NCBI GenBank assembly: GCA_042219045.1
Contig: JBDGQO010000007.1
Span: 1 to 14,067, forward strand
Direction: 5' to 3'
Source: Candidatus Bipolaricaulia bacterium
GTDB taxonomy: Bacteria; Bipolaricaulota; Bipolaricaulia; RBG-16-55-9
Length of the DNA stretch: 14,067 nucleotides
Position numbers and translations under genes: made by a program. The notes beneath the pieces were generated by a model. That model did no database searches. It had not been told where the DNA came from and saw only the letters and a list, made by a program, of their open reading frames with translations. Positions 1-7,478 of the stretch are shown one piece after another; within the stretch, counting starts at the first letter, position 1; the number at the start of each line of letters is the position of its first letter.

Positions 1-144
1 CCAGAATGGGCAGAAAGTGACGCCAGCGGCGATCGGCCATGCCGGGATTGTTTCATGCGCCGTTGAGAGTGGGCAATGGAAGATGCCGAGTCGATCTGTC
101 GTTGAGGAGGAAGGACAATGTTTGCTCAGGATTGGCGAGTTTTG

Positions 145-220
145 TGGTGGGCGAACCAGGATTTGAACCTGGGACCTCCCGCGTGTGAGGCGGGCGCTCT
201 TGCCCCTGAGCTATTCGCCC
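145..220 (-). tRNA. tRNA-Val (anticodon CAC)
   Basis: Reverse complement is GGGCGAATAGCTCAGGGGCAAGAGCGCCCGCCTCACACGCGGGAGGTCCCAGGTTCAAATCCTGGTTCGCCCACCA (76 nt). Acceptor stem GGGCGAA/TTCGCCC, anticodon arm CCCGC-CTCACAC-GCGGG, T-loop GTTCAAAT, encoded 3' CCA. Confidence 0.97.
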
Positions 221-234
221 CTCGGTGGGAACAA

Positions 235-263
235 AGTGTAGCGGGGGAGCCGGAGAGCGTCAA
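235..263 (-). promoter_or_regulatory. sigma70-type promoter of tRNA-Val
   Basis: Minus strand reads TTGACG (263-258), 17-nt spacer, TACACT (240-235), ending 14 nt before the tRNA 5' end. Confidence 0.75.
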
Positions 264-321
264 GTTGACCGCCGCGGCTCCCCCCCTGTATCGCCGCTCG
301 TTTCCGTCAGCGGATCCACGG

Positions 322-474
322 CTAGACCCGTCGTCGCCGGAGGCCGCCCCATCGACCGAGACCTCGCCGGCGACGTCGCATCGTCCGCGACTTCCCGGAC
401 ACCAGGTCGAGTCGCCCCTGCAGGGCTTTCGACTGTTCCCACATCGTCTGCTGGCGGATTCGATTCGTCATCAT
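322..474 (-). CDS. putative 50-aa Arg-rich small protein (not in the ORF track)
   Basis: ATG at 474 to TAG at 322 encodes MMTNRIRQQTMWEQSKALQGRLDLVSGKSRTMRRRRRGLGRWGGLRRRRV. Upstream TTGCAA-17-TACATA (510-482) would place the transcription start at about the ATG (leaderless). No family recognised. Confidence 0.25.
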   Translation of the reverse strand: MMTNRIRQQTMWEQSKALQGRLDLVSGKSRTMRRRRRGLGRWGGLRRRRV

Positions 475-547
475 AACCCGCTATGTACCATGGTGGCCCC
501 CGGGTTGCAACTCCCAGGATTCCCCGGTGTGTCCGGACATCCGTCAC

Positions 548-2011
548 TCAGCCAGGAGGGGGGGACAGCTCCCGCTGGAGGAGCTCCCAGACGCGGGCCA
601 GATGGGCGTCGGTCGTGCGCAGGTGGCCGATCGAGGCCCGCAGGACGAAGCGACCATGGAGCCTGGTGTGCGAGAGATAGGCTTCCCCGGTGGCGTTGAC
701 CCGCGCCAGGAGGCGTTCGTTGAGCGCGTCGAGGGCGTCGTCCTCGCCCGTCCAGTCGGCGGGTTGGGCGCGGAAGCAGACGGTGCTGAACGGCATCGGG
801 GCCATCATCTGAAAGTGCGGGTCGGCCTCGATCCAGCTCGTCAGTTCCTCGGCCAGGTGCAGGTGCTCGCGCAGTCGGGCGCGGATGCCCTCGACGCCGA
901 ACGCTCGCAGGACGTACCAGAGCTTCAATGCGCGAAAGCGCCGTCCGAGCGCGACGCCGTAGTCCATCAGGTTCGTCACCTCGTCCCCTTCGGCCGTTTT
1001 CAGGTATTCGGGGACGAGGCTGAACGCCCGTTTCAGGATCTCGGGCTCGGCGGCATAGAGGACGCTGCAGTCGATCGGCGTGAAGAGCCACTTGTGCGGG
1101 TTGACCACGAACGTGTCCGCGCGGTCGCAGCCGTCCAAGATCGATGCCCGTTCGGGCAGGACGGCCGTCGGCCCCGCGTAGGCCGCGTCGACGTGGAGCC
1201 AGAGGCCATGGCGCTCGCAGACGTCGGCGATCTCGGGCACGGGGTCGACGCTCGTCGTCGACGTCGTCCCGACGGTGGCGACGACGGCCAAGGGACGTCG
1301 GGCGTCTCGGCGGTCGGCCTCGATCCGCCGGGCCAGTTCGTCGGGATCCATCTGAAAATTGTCGTCGGTGGGCACCAAGCGGACGTTGTCGTGGCCGATC
1401 CCGAGCGTGATACCGGCTTTGGCGACGGACGAATGCGCCTGATCGGAGGTGTAGAGCGTCAACGGCGGCGCGCCGCTCAGGCCCTGCTCGCGCACGTCCA
1501 GCCCGTCGAGCGATTCGCGCGCGGCCGCCAGCGCGCAGAGCGTGGAGACCGACGCCGTGTCCTGGATCATGCCGAACCAGCCCTCGGACAACCCCATCAT
1601 CTGGCGCAGCCAGTCGACGACGGTCTCCTCCAGCTCGGTCAGTGATGGGGACGTGGCCCACAGCATCCCGTTGACGTTGAAGGCGGCCGACAGGAGCTCG
1701 CCGAGGATGCCGGGCGCGGAGCCCGTAATGGCAAAGTAGGCCAGAAAGTTGGGATGGTTCCAGTGCGTCAGGCCCGGGACGATCGTCGACTCGACGTCCG
1801 CGAAGATGGCCTCGAGCGACTCGCCGTGTTCCGGCGGTGACGAGGGGAGTTGGCGCTTGACCTCGCCCGGCTCGACCTCGGCAAGCACGGGATAACGTTC
1901 CGTGTTGTCGAGATAGTCCGCAATCCAGTCGATCAGGGCGTGGCCCTGCTCGCGGAACGCGTCCAGATCGATGTCGCCGTGGTGGCCCTGTGGTTCGCTC
2001 ATGGCAGTCAT
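548..2011 (-). CDS. group II PLP-dependent decarboxylase (aromatic-L-amino-acid/DOPA decarboxylase-like)
   Basis: 487 aa with THWNHPNFLAYF, SPSLTELE, WLHVDAAYAG, the PLP lysine motif NPHKW and GRRFRALKLW. ATG directly follows the rng stop (TGA ATG). Alternative ATG at 2002. Confidence 0.92.
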   Translation of the reverse strand: MTAMSEPQGHHGDIDLDAFREQGHALIDWIADYLDNTERYPVLAEVEPGEVKRQLPSSPPEHGESLEAIFADVESTIVPGLTHWNHPNFLAYFAITGSAPGILGELLSAAFNVNGMLWATSPSLTELEETVVDWLRQMMGLSEGWFGMIQDTASVSTLCALAAARESLDGLDVREQGLSGAPPLTLYTSDQAHSSVAKAGITLGIGHDNVRLVPTDDNFQMDPDELARRIEADRRDARRPLAVVATVGTTSTTSVDPVPEIADVCERHGLWLHVDAAYAGPTAVLPERASILDGCDRADTFVVNPHKWLFTPIDCSVLYAAEPEILKRAFSLVPEYLKTAEGDEVTNLMDYGVALGRRFRALKLWYVLRAFGVEGIRARLREHLHLAEELTSWIEADPHFQMMAPMPFSTVCFRAQPADWTGEDDALDALNERLLARVNATGEAYLSHTRLHGRFVLRASIGHLRTTDAHLARVWELLQRELSPPPG

Positions 2012-3277
2012 TCAGTCCTCGGACTGCTCGTCCATGTCGTCGGACTCGCTGCTGAGCATCTCCGCGAGGCTCTCGCCCTCGCGCTTGCGCGTGATCTCCA
2101 CGAGCCCGAGCGCGGTCATGTCAATGAAGTCGGCCGGCACGCGGTCCTTGTTGAGCTCTTCTTCCAGCTTGTCGGTGACCTTACGGATGTGATCCTTGCG
2201 GCGCATGTCGATGAAGTCGACGACGATGATGCCGCTGATCTTGCGGAGCCGCAGCTGGCGCGGGATCTCGAACGCGGCCTCCAAGTTGGTGTTGAGGATC
2301 GCCTGTTCCTGGTTGCGATGGCGCGTGTCGCTGCCGGTGTTGATGTCGATGGCGGTCAGCGCTTCCGTCTCGGCGATGATGAGCGATCCCCCGCCCGGCA
2401 GGGGGACCTCGCCCTCGAGGCTCTCGCGGAGCTGGTCGTCGACGCCGTGGGCCTCAAACAGCGGCCGCTTGCCGTCGTAGCGCTCCAACATCTCGAGGTA
2501 GTCGTCCATGTGCATGTACTTGAGGAACTCATAGAGCTCATCGTAGACCGACTGGGTGTCGACCACGATCTTGTTGACATCGGGCACAAGGCGATCGCGG
2601 ACGACGCTTTTGACGAGGTCGGTGCCCCCATAGAGCAGCGCCGGGGCCGAGACGTTGCTGGCTTCCTCCTCGATCCCCTTCCAGGTGCCCAGGAGGAAGT
2701 TGAAGTCCCGTCGCAGGTCGTCCTTGCTGGCATCCACGGCGGCCGTACGGGCGATGAGCCCTTCGTCCTCTCGCTTCAGCTCGCGGGCGATCCCCTTGAG
2801 GCGCTTGTTGTCCTCCGGGTCGTCAATGCGCCGGGAGACGCCGAGCCGCCCGTCCTTGGGCAGAAAGACCCAGTACCGACCGGCGAGGCTGATGCGCGTG
2901 GTGCCCTGGGCGTTCTTGTCGCCGATCCCCTCGCGCTTGACCTGGATAATAAGATTTTGGCCGCCCTTGAGCGCCTTGCCAATGGGGAAGTTGTCGTGGC
3001 GGCGGTAGCCGCGCGACTTGAGGATGGACTCGTTCAGCTCCTTCGCGGCCAAGAACAGGTTCTCGTCCAAGCCGACGTTGACGAACGCGGCGCTGATGCC
3101 GTTCAGGACGTCCTTGACGGTTCCCTTGTAGATGTTGCCCACCAGCTGTGAGCGATCGGGATCGTCATAGTAGATCTCCATCAGCCGTCCGTGTTCGACG
3201 AGGCCGATCCGCTTGGTGTCGTGCCGTCCTTCGACAAGAATCTCTTTCTCGGCCGTCTGGCCGGATCTCTTGGAAAT
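2012..3277 (-). CDS. rng: ribonuclease G/E family endoribonuclease (Rne/Rng)
   Basis: S1 region GNIYKGTV..AAFVNVG, QVKREGIGDKNA, GLIARTAA, TEALTAIDINTG, LRKISGIIVVDFIDM, GLVEITRKR. Start inferred as ATT at 3277, 7 nt after SD AAAGGAG; alternative in-frame ATG at 3304 has no SD. The track start at 3490 lies deep inside folK. Confidence 0.9.
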   Translation of the reverse strand: MSKRSGQTAEKEILVEGRHDTKRIGLVEHGRLMEIYYDDPDRSQLVGNIYKGTVKDVLNGISAAFVNVGLDENLFLAAKELNESILKSRGYRRHDNFPIGKALKGGQNLIIQVKREGIGDKNAQGTTRISLAGRYWVFLPKDGRLGVSRRIDDPEDNKRLKGIARELKREDEGLIARTAAVDASKDDLRRDFNFLLGTWKGIEEEASNVSAPALLYGGTDLVKSVVRDRLVPDVNKIVVDTQSVYDELYEFLKYMHMDDYLEMLERYDGKRPLFEAHGVDDQLRESLEGEVPLPGGGSLIIAETEALTAIDINTGSDTRHRNQEQAILNTNLEAAFEIPRQLRLRKISGIIVVDFIDMRRKDHIRKVTDKLEEELNKDRVPADFIDMTALGLVEITRKREGESLAEMLSSESDDMDEQSED

Positions 3278-3762
3278 GGTCTCACTCCTTTCTCGTCGAC
3301 GCATGCGCACAGCAAGCGTTCGAGGGATTGTCCGAGCTCCGGATGGAGGAGGTCGGGCGCGAGCTCGGCCAACGGCTCGAGCACGAACCGACGCTTGGGG
3401 AGTTCGGGATGGGGAACCACGAGCTCGGACGTGCGAATCACGGAATCTCCGGAAAGCAACAGATCCAGGTCGATCTCGCGCGGCCCCCAACGCTCGCGCG
3501 GGATCCGACCGAGATCGGTTTCAATGGCCTTCAGCTGGGCCAAGAGCGCCTCGGCGCCGAGCCCCGTGTCGAGCTCGACGACGGTGTTGAGAAACCAGGG
3601 CTGATCGACGGGCCCGACGGGTTCGGTCTCATACAGCGACGCTTGGCGAATCACGTTGATATCGGGCCTCGCGTCGAGGGCGTCGACGGCACGCTCGATC
3701 GAGCCGGGTCGATCCCCGACGTTGGTGCCGAGGCCGACAAAAACACGGTCATTGCGGTTCAT
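3181..3762 (-). CDS. folK: 2-amino-4-hydroxy-6-hydroxymethyldihydropteridine diphosphokinase (HPPK)
   Basis: VGLGTNVGD, SLYETEPVG, FLNTVV, RWGPREIDLDLL, VPHP motifs. Overlaps the folB end by 14 nt; GGAG precedes the ATG. Confidence 0.95.
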   Translation of the reverse strand: MNRNDRVFVGLGTNVGDRPGSIERAVDALDARPDINVIRQASLYETEPVGPVDQPWFLNTVVELDTGLGAEALLAQLKAIETDLGRIPRERWGPREIDLDLLLSGDSVIRTSELVVPHPELPKRRFVLEPLAELAPDLLHPELGQSLERLLCACVDEKGVRPFPRDPARRPRKRFLSKDGTTPSGSASSNTDG

Positions 3763-4159
3763 AATTCTCCATAGCGGCGTCGCCGCGCCGGAGGCAGACC
3801 TCGGTGGAAACGCCTTCCAAACCGAGGCCCAGCTTTTTCAGTTGCTTGCCGACGTGGACGCGGACGCGGCACACGACCTCGTAGCGGTCCAGGATATCGC
3901 GAGCCACGGCCTGGGCGAAGCTTTCGATGAGCCGGTAGGAGGTCTCCTCGTTGAGCGAGCGGACCCGCTCGATGACGTCGGTATAGTCCACGGTTGACGC
4001 CAGCTCGTCCTCGTCGGAGGGCCGCGCAAGCGTCAGCTCGACGTCGACGGTGAACAGCTGGCCGTGCTCGCGCTCCTCGGAGCGGACGCCGTGGCGCCCG
4101 AACAGGGTCACGCCACGAATCGCCACGCGCTCGTCGTCCAGAATCACGTCCGTGCTCAT
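3749..4159 (-). CDS. folB: dihydroneopterin aldolase
   Basis: HGVRSEEREHGQLFTVDV, TVDY, LIESFA and a conserved Lys in VHVGK; adjacent to folK. Confidence 0.93.
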   Translation of the reverse strand: MSTDVILDDERVAIRGVTLFGRHGVRSEEREHGQLFTVDVELTLARPSDEDELASTVDYTDVIERVRSLNEETSYRLIESFAQAVARDILDRYEVVCRVRVHVGKQLKKLGLGLEGVSTEVCLRRGDAAMENYEPQ

Positions 4160-4193
4160 CGATGGCTCAAATCTCTCGAACTCTGCCTCTATG

Positions 4194-4967
4194 CTATCGC
4201 GACGTGAGGTCTTGCGTCATCCAACGGCCGAGCGGCCCGAAGGGAAAGATCTCGTGCTCGTCCGAAATCAGATAGACCTCCATCGACGTCATGTCCATGC
4301 CGTTCAACAAGGGCGACAGAGGCCGCTCCTGGGTCAAGTCGCTCCCGGCGGTCCACGGGTTGAACGAGGGCATCACCACCAAACGACGATCATGATAACG
4401 TCCCAGAAGCCAACATTTAAAGAGCTCCATGCGACCCGTGACGGGATCGCGCAGCCGCACCGCTGGATGATCGTGGCCGATCACGAGCGTCGACACCTCG
4501 GGCGGAATATCCTGGGGCTCGGCGTCGCCGTGTAGAAAGAGCGTTTCGCCGAGCTGATAACGAGACACAACGTCGACGTTGGCGAACTCGGCCGTGAGGA
4601 CGTCCAAGTCTCCATCGTGATTGCCTTGGATCAGCACGATGTGCTCCGCCAGCTCGCCGAGTTGGGCCAATAGCTCCCGAATGTGGGTCCACTCGACGGA
4701 GGTGAACGGGCCGAACTGGTGCCGCAGGTCGCCGTTGATGATCGCCCGTGTCCACGGTCGCTGGGGGGAAATGCCGAGGCCGTCGGCGGCCTCGCCCAAG
4801 CGTCGTTGGATGGCGGTCAGATGCCCCCGCGGAACGAGCGTCCCGTCGCGATGGAGGGCCTCTTCAAACCCCAGGTGGACGTCAGCGAGCGCAAGCGTGC
4901 GCCGCTCGGGCGCTGCCGCCGCCAGGTCGATCAAATTCAGCTCAGGGGTCAACTCCAATGGCGTCAC
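4194..4967 (-). CDS. calcineurin-like metallophosphoesterase (archaeal SbcD-related/COG1407, MPE/PdeM-like)
   Basis: GTG start. All five metallophosphoesterase motifs present: ADVHLG, INGDLRH, QGNHD, LHGD, IGHDHP; C-terminal VMPSFNP..GSD is typical of this subfamily. Confidence 0.85.
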   Translation of the reverse strand: MTPLELTPELNLIDLAAAAPERRTLALADVHLGFEEALHRDGTLVPRGHLTAIQRRLGEAADGLGISPQRPWTRAIINGDLRHQFGPFTSVEWTHIRELLAQLGELAEHIVLIQGNHDGDLDVLTAEFANVDVVSRYQLGETLFLHGDAEPQDIPPEVSTLVIGHDHPAVRLRDPVTGRMELFKCWLLGRYHDRRLVVMPSFNPWTAGSDLTQERPLSPLLNGMDMTSMEVYLISDEHEIFPFGPLGRWMTQDLTSR

Positions 4968-5062
4968 GACGATTCATGCCCCATGTCCTGCGTCATTATG
5001 ATACCTTGCAGACCCTCGGGGCGACATGTCATGATAGCCGTCAAGATGGGGGCCTTGCCATC

Positions 5063-6082
5063 ATGAACGTGCTTGTGACGGGCGCAACGGGCTTAGTGGG
5101 CAGCCATTTGGCGAGCCAACTGCTCCATCGGGGCGATCCCGTGCGCGTTCTCGTCCGCAACCCGACGCGGGCCCAATCCCTCGCCGATCAGGGAGCCGAG
5201 TTGGTCACCGGGGATCTATGCCGGCCCGAGGCGCTTCGCCGCGCGGTTGCGGATGTGGACACGGTCTATCACTGCGCAGCCCAGGTGGCGTTGCCCTACG
5301 AGGGCGACCGATCCAAGATTTTGCAGACCAACGTCGAAGGGACGGCCAATCTGCTCGACGCGTGCGCCAAAGCGGGGATCCGACGCTTCGTCATGGCCAG
5401 CTCCGTCGCCGTCTACGGCGAGACGACCGAGGAGCCGGTCACGGAGGCCCATCCCATTCAGCCGAGCGGGCCCTATGCGGAGTCCAAGGCGCTCGCCGAG
5501 CAGGTCGTGAGAAACTACGCTGAGGACTTTGAGACCGTCATCGTTCGCCCGTGCGTGATCTACGGGCCGGGCGATCGCAACTTTTTGCCGATGTTTTTCG
5601 AGAAGCTGCCCAAGGGGATCTTGCCCTTGGTGGGCGGCGGGCGTCAGCCCCTGGACATGGTCTACACGAGTGACGTCGCGCAAGCACTGAGGCTGGCCGG
5701 GACGACGCCGGAAGCTGCCGGCCAGGCCTACAACGTCACCGACGGCGAGCGCCACCCCGTGCGCAAGCTGTTTGAGCTCTTCGGCCGACTCGCCGAGCGG
5801 CCCCTGCGGACCCTCAGCGTCCCCTATTCCCTGGCATACGGATTCGCGGCGTTGAGCAGTGCCTGGCAGGAGTTCCGCCGTCCGGACGCCGAGCCGCTCG
5901 TGACGCCGGAGAGCGTCCGGGTCCTGGCGCATCCGCACCACTACGATATCTCCAAGATTTGCAAGGAACTCGGATTCCGACCGCAGGTTCCCATTGAGGA
6001 CGGCATGCGTCGCACCATGGAATGGTATTTCGAGCAAACACAGAACGGAGGGTCCCATGGCTTCGAACACGACGTCCGCTGA
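5063..6082 (+). CDS. NAD(P)-dependent epimerase/dehydratase-type extended SDR (3-beta-HSD-like)
   Basis: Starts MNVLVTGATGLVG (TGxxGxxG); HCAA, TNVEGT, ASSVAVYG, catalytic YAESK (YxxxK), RPCVIYGPGD. True start is the ATG at 5063, not the track start at 4748. Confidence 0.9.
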   Translation: MNVLVTGATGLVGSHLASQLLHRGDPVRVLVRNPTRAQSLADQGAELVTGDLCRPEALRRAVADVDTVYHCAAQVALPYEGDRSKILQTNVEGTANLLDACAKAGIRRFVMASSVAVYGETTEEPVTEAHPIQPSGPYAESKALAEQVVRNYAEDFETVIVRPCVIYGPGDRNFLPMFFEKLPKGILPLVGGGRQPLDMVYTSDVAQALRLAGTTPEAAGQAYNVTDGERHPVRKLFELFGRLAERPLRTLSVPYSLAYGFAALSSAWQEFRRPDAEPLVTPESVRVLAHPHHYDISKICKELGFRPQVPIEDGMRRTMEWYFEQTQNGGSHGFEHDVR

Positions 6083-7259
6083 TCTGTTCGCCAAATGCGA
6101 AGCCTTTGATCAGGTTGAGCACGCCAAGGAGATGGGGTATTACCCCTACTTCAAGCCCGTGGCAAGCGCCGAGGAGACCGAGGTCAGCATCGACGGCAAA
6201 CCCGTGCTGATGCTGGGCTCGAACAACTACCTCGGCCTGACCACCCACCCAAAGGTCAAGGAGGCCGCCCAAGCGGCCGTCGAGAGATTCGGCAGTTCCA
6301 GTTGCGGCTCAAGGTTTCTGAACGGCACGCTGGAGATCCATCTGGAGCTGGAAGAACGCCTCGCTCGGTTCCTGAACAAGGAGTCGGCGCTCGTGTTCTC
6401 CACGGGATTTCAGACGAATCTGGGGGCCATCTCCTCGCTCGTGAGCAAGGGCGAGTACATCATTTCGGACAAGTGGAACCACGCCTGCATCATCGACGGC
6501 GCGCGGCTCTCCTACGGGACCATGAAGCGTTTCCGCCACAATGACCCCGAGGATCTCGAGCGAGTCCTGCAGAGCTGTGGCGAGGACGTCGGCAAGCTGA
6601 TCGTCGTCGACGGGCTGTTCAGCATGGAGGGCGACCTTGCGCCGTTGCCCGACATCGTCGACCTGGCCGGGCGCTACGGGGCGCGCGTTCTCGTCGACGA
6701 CGCGCATGCCGTCGGCGTCATGGGCGCGAACGGCCGCGGCACGGCGGAGCACTTCGGCGTCGAGGGCGACGTCGACCTCGTCATGGGCACCTTCAGCAAG
6801 TCCTTTGCGTCGCTGGGCGGTGTCGTCGCGGGCGACGAGTACGTCATCAGCTACATCCAACACAACGCCCGCACGATGATCTTCAGCGCCAGCATGCCCC
6901 CGGCGGCCGTGGCGTCGGTGTTGGCCTCCTTGGAGATCATCGAGTCCGAGCCCGAGCGGCGCGAGCGCCTTTGGCGCAACACCCAGAAGATGAAGGACGG
7001 GCTGCACGAGCTCGGCTTCGACACCGGCAAATCCGAAACGCCGGTCATCCCCATCGTGGTGGGCGAGATGTTCACAGCCCTCGGGATGTGGCGCGCGCTA
7101 TTGGACCACGGGGTCTACGTCAACGTCGTCATTCCCCCCGCTGTTCCGCCGGGCCGCGAGATGCTGCGTTCGAGCTACATGGCCACCCACACGGACGAGC
7201 AGCTCGATCGAGCCCTGGAGATCTTCGAAAAGGTCGGCAAGGAACACGGCCTGATCTGA
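6057..7259 (+). CDS. alpha-oxoamine synthase family PLP enzyme, most like bacterial serine palmitoyltransferase
   Basis: ATG at 6057 after GGAGG; 400 aa. YPYF, GSNNYLGLT, GSRFLNGT, FSTGFQTNLG, FSMEGD, DDAH, PLP lysine in GTFSKS, FSAS, SYMATHT. Family is certain; the acyl/amino-acid substrate is inferred. Confidence 0.85.
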   Translation: MASNTTSADLFAKCEAFDQVEHAKEMGYYPYFKPVASAEETEVSIDGKPVLMLGSNNYLGLTTHPKVKEAAQAAVERFGSSSCGSRFLNGTLEIHLELEERLARFLNKESALVFSTGFQTNLGAISSLVSKGEYIISDKWNHACIIDGARLSYGTMKRFRHNDPEDLERVLQSCGEDVGKLIVVDGLFSMEGDLAPLPDIVDLAGRYGARVLVDDAHAVGVMGANGRGTAEHFGVEGDVDLVMGTFSKSFASLGGVVAGDEYVISYIQHNARTMIFSASMPPAAVASVLASLEIIESEPERRERLWRNTQKMKDGLHELGFDTGKSETPVIPIVVGEMFTALGMWRALLDHGVYVNVVIPPAVPPGREMLRSSYMATHTDEQLDRALEIFEKVGKEHGLI

Positions 7260-7478
7260 CAAGGGCCCCGCGGCCGACGTCGGATCATCCATCGCTTCAA
7301 GCCTAGACGCCCGTGTTATTCGTGCTGCAGCGACATGGGTTGAGCCCGATTCCCTGTTGCCTCGACGGCGTCAAGGTTCACGGGCACTGAGACCTTCACC
7401 CATGGCCGCTGTTGACATCCCTTGGGCTGTCGGTGTATGACATAGAATACGGCTATTTGCAGTGAGTCTGTTCCGTTT

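Noticed and set aside
1..56. Possible start of a minus-strand gene running off the window edge (ATG at 40, MADRRWRHFLPIL, or ATG at 56)
   Set aside because: Too short to support; no clear SD.
118..699. 193-aa plus-strand ORF, and the short ORFs 225-476 and 260-547
   Set aside because: The first runs antisense across the tRNA and the decarboxylase 3' end; all have low-complexity Pro/Arg/Ser/Gly composition with no recognisable motifs.
527..3774. Long plus-strand ORFs 527-1645, 1850-3151 and 3148-3774
   Set aside because: Antisense shadows of the decarboxylase, rng and folK, expected from GC-rich codon bias.
4748..5062. N-terminal extension of the SDR in the ORF track
   Set aside because: Overlaps the divergent phosphoesterase gene; the Rossmann motif starts right at the ATG at 5063.
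7344..7395. TPP-riboswitch- or SRP-like fragment on the minus strand (CCCGTGAACC...AGGGA)
   Set aside because: The CUGAGA element is on the opposite strand and the SRP CAGG/GGAA/AGCA signature is absent.
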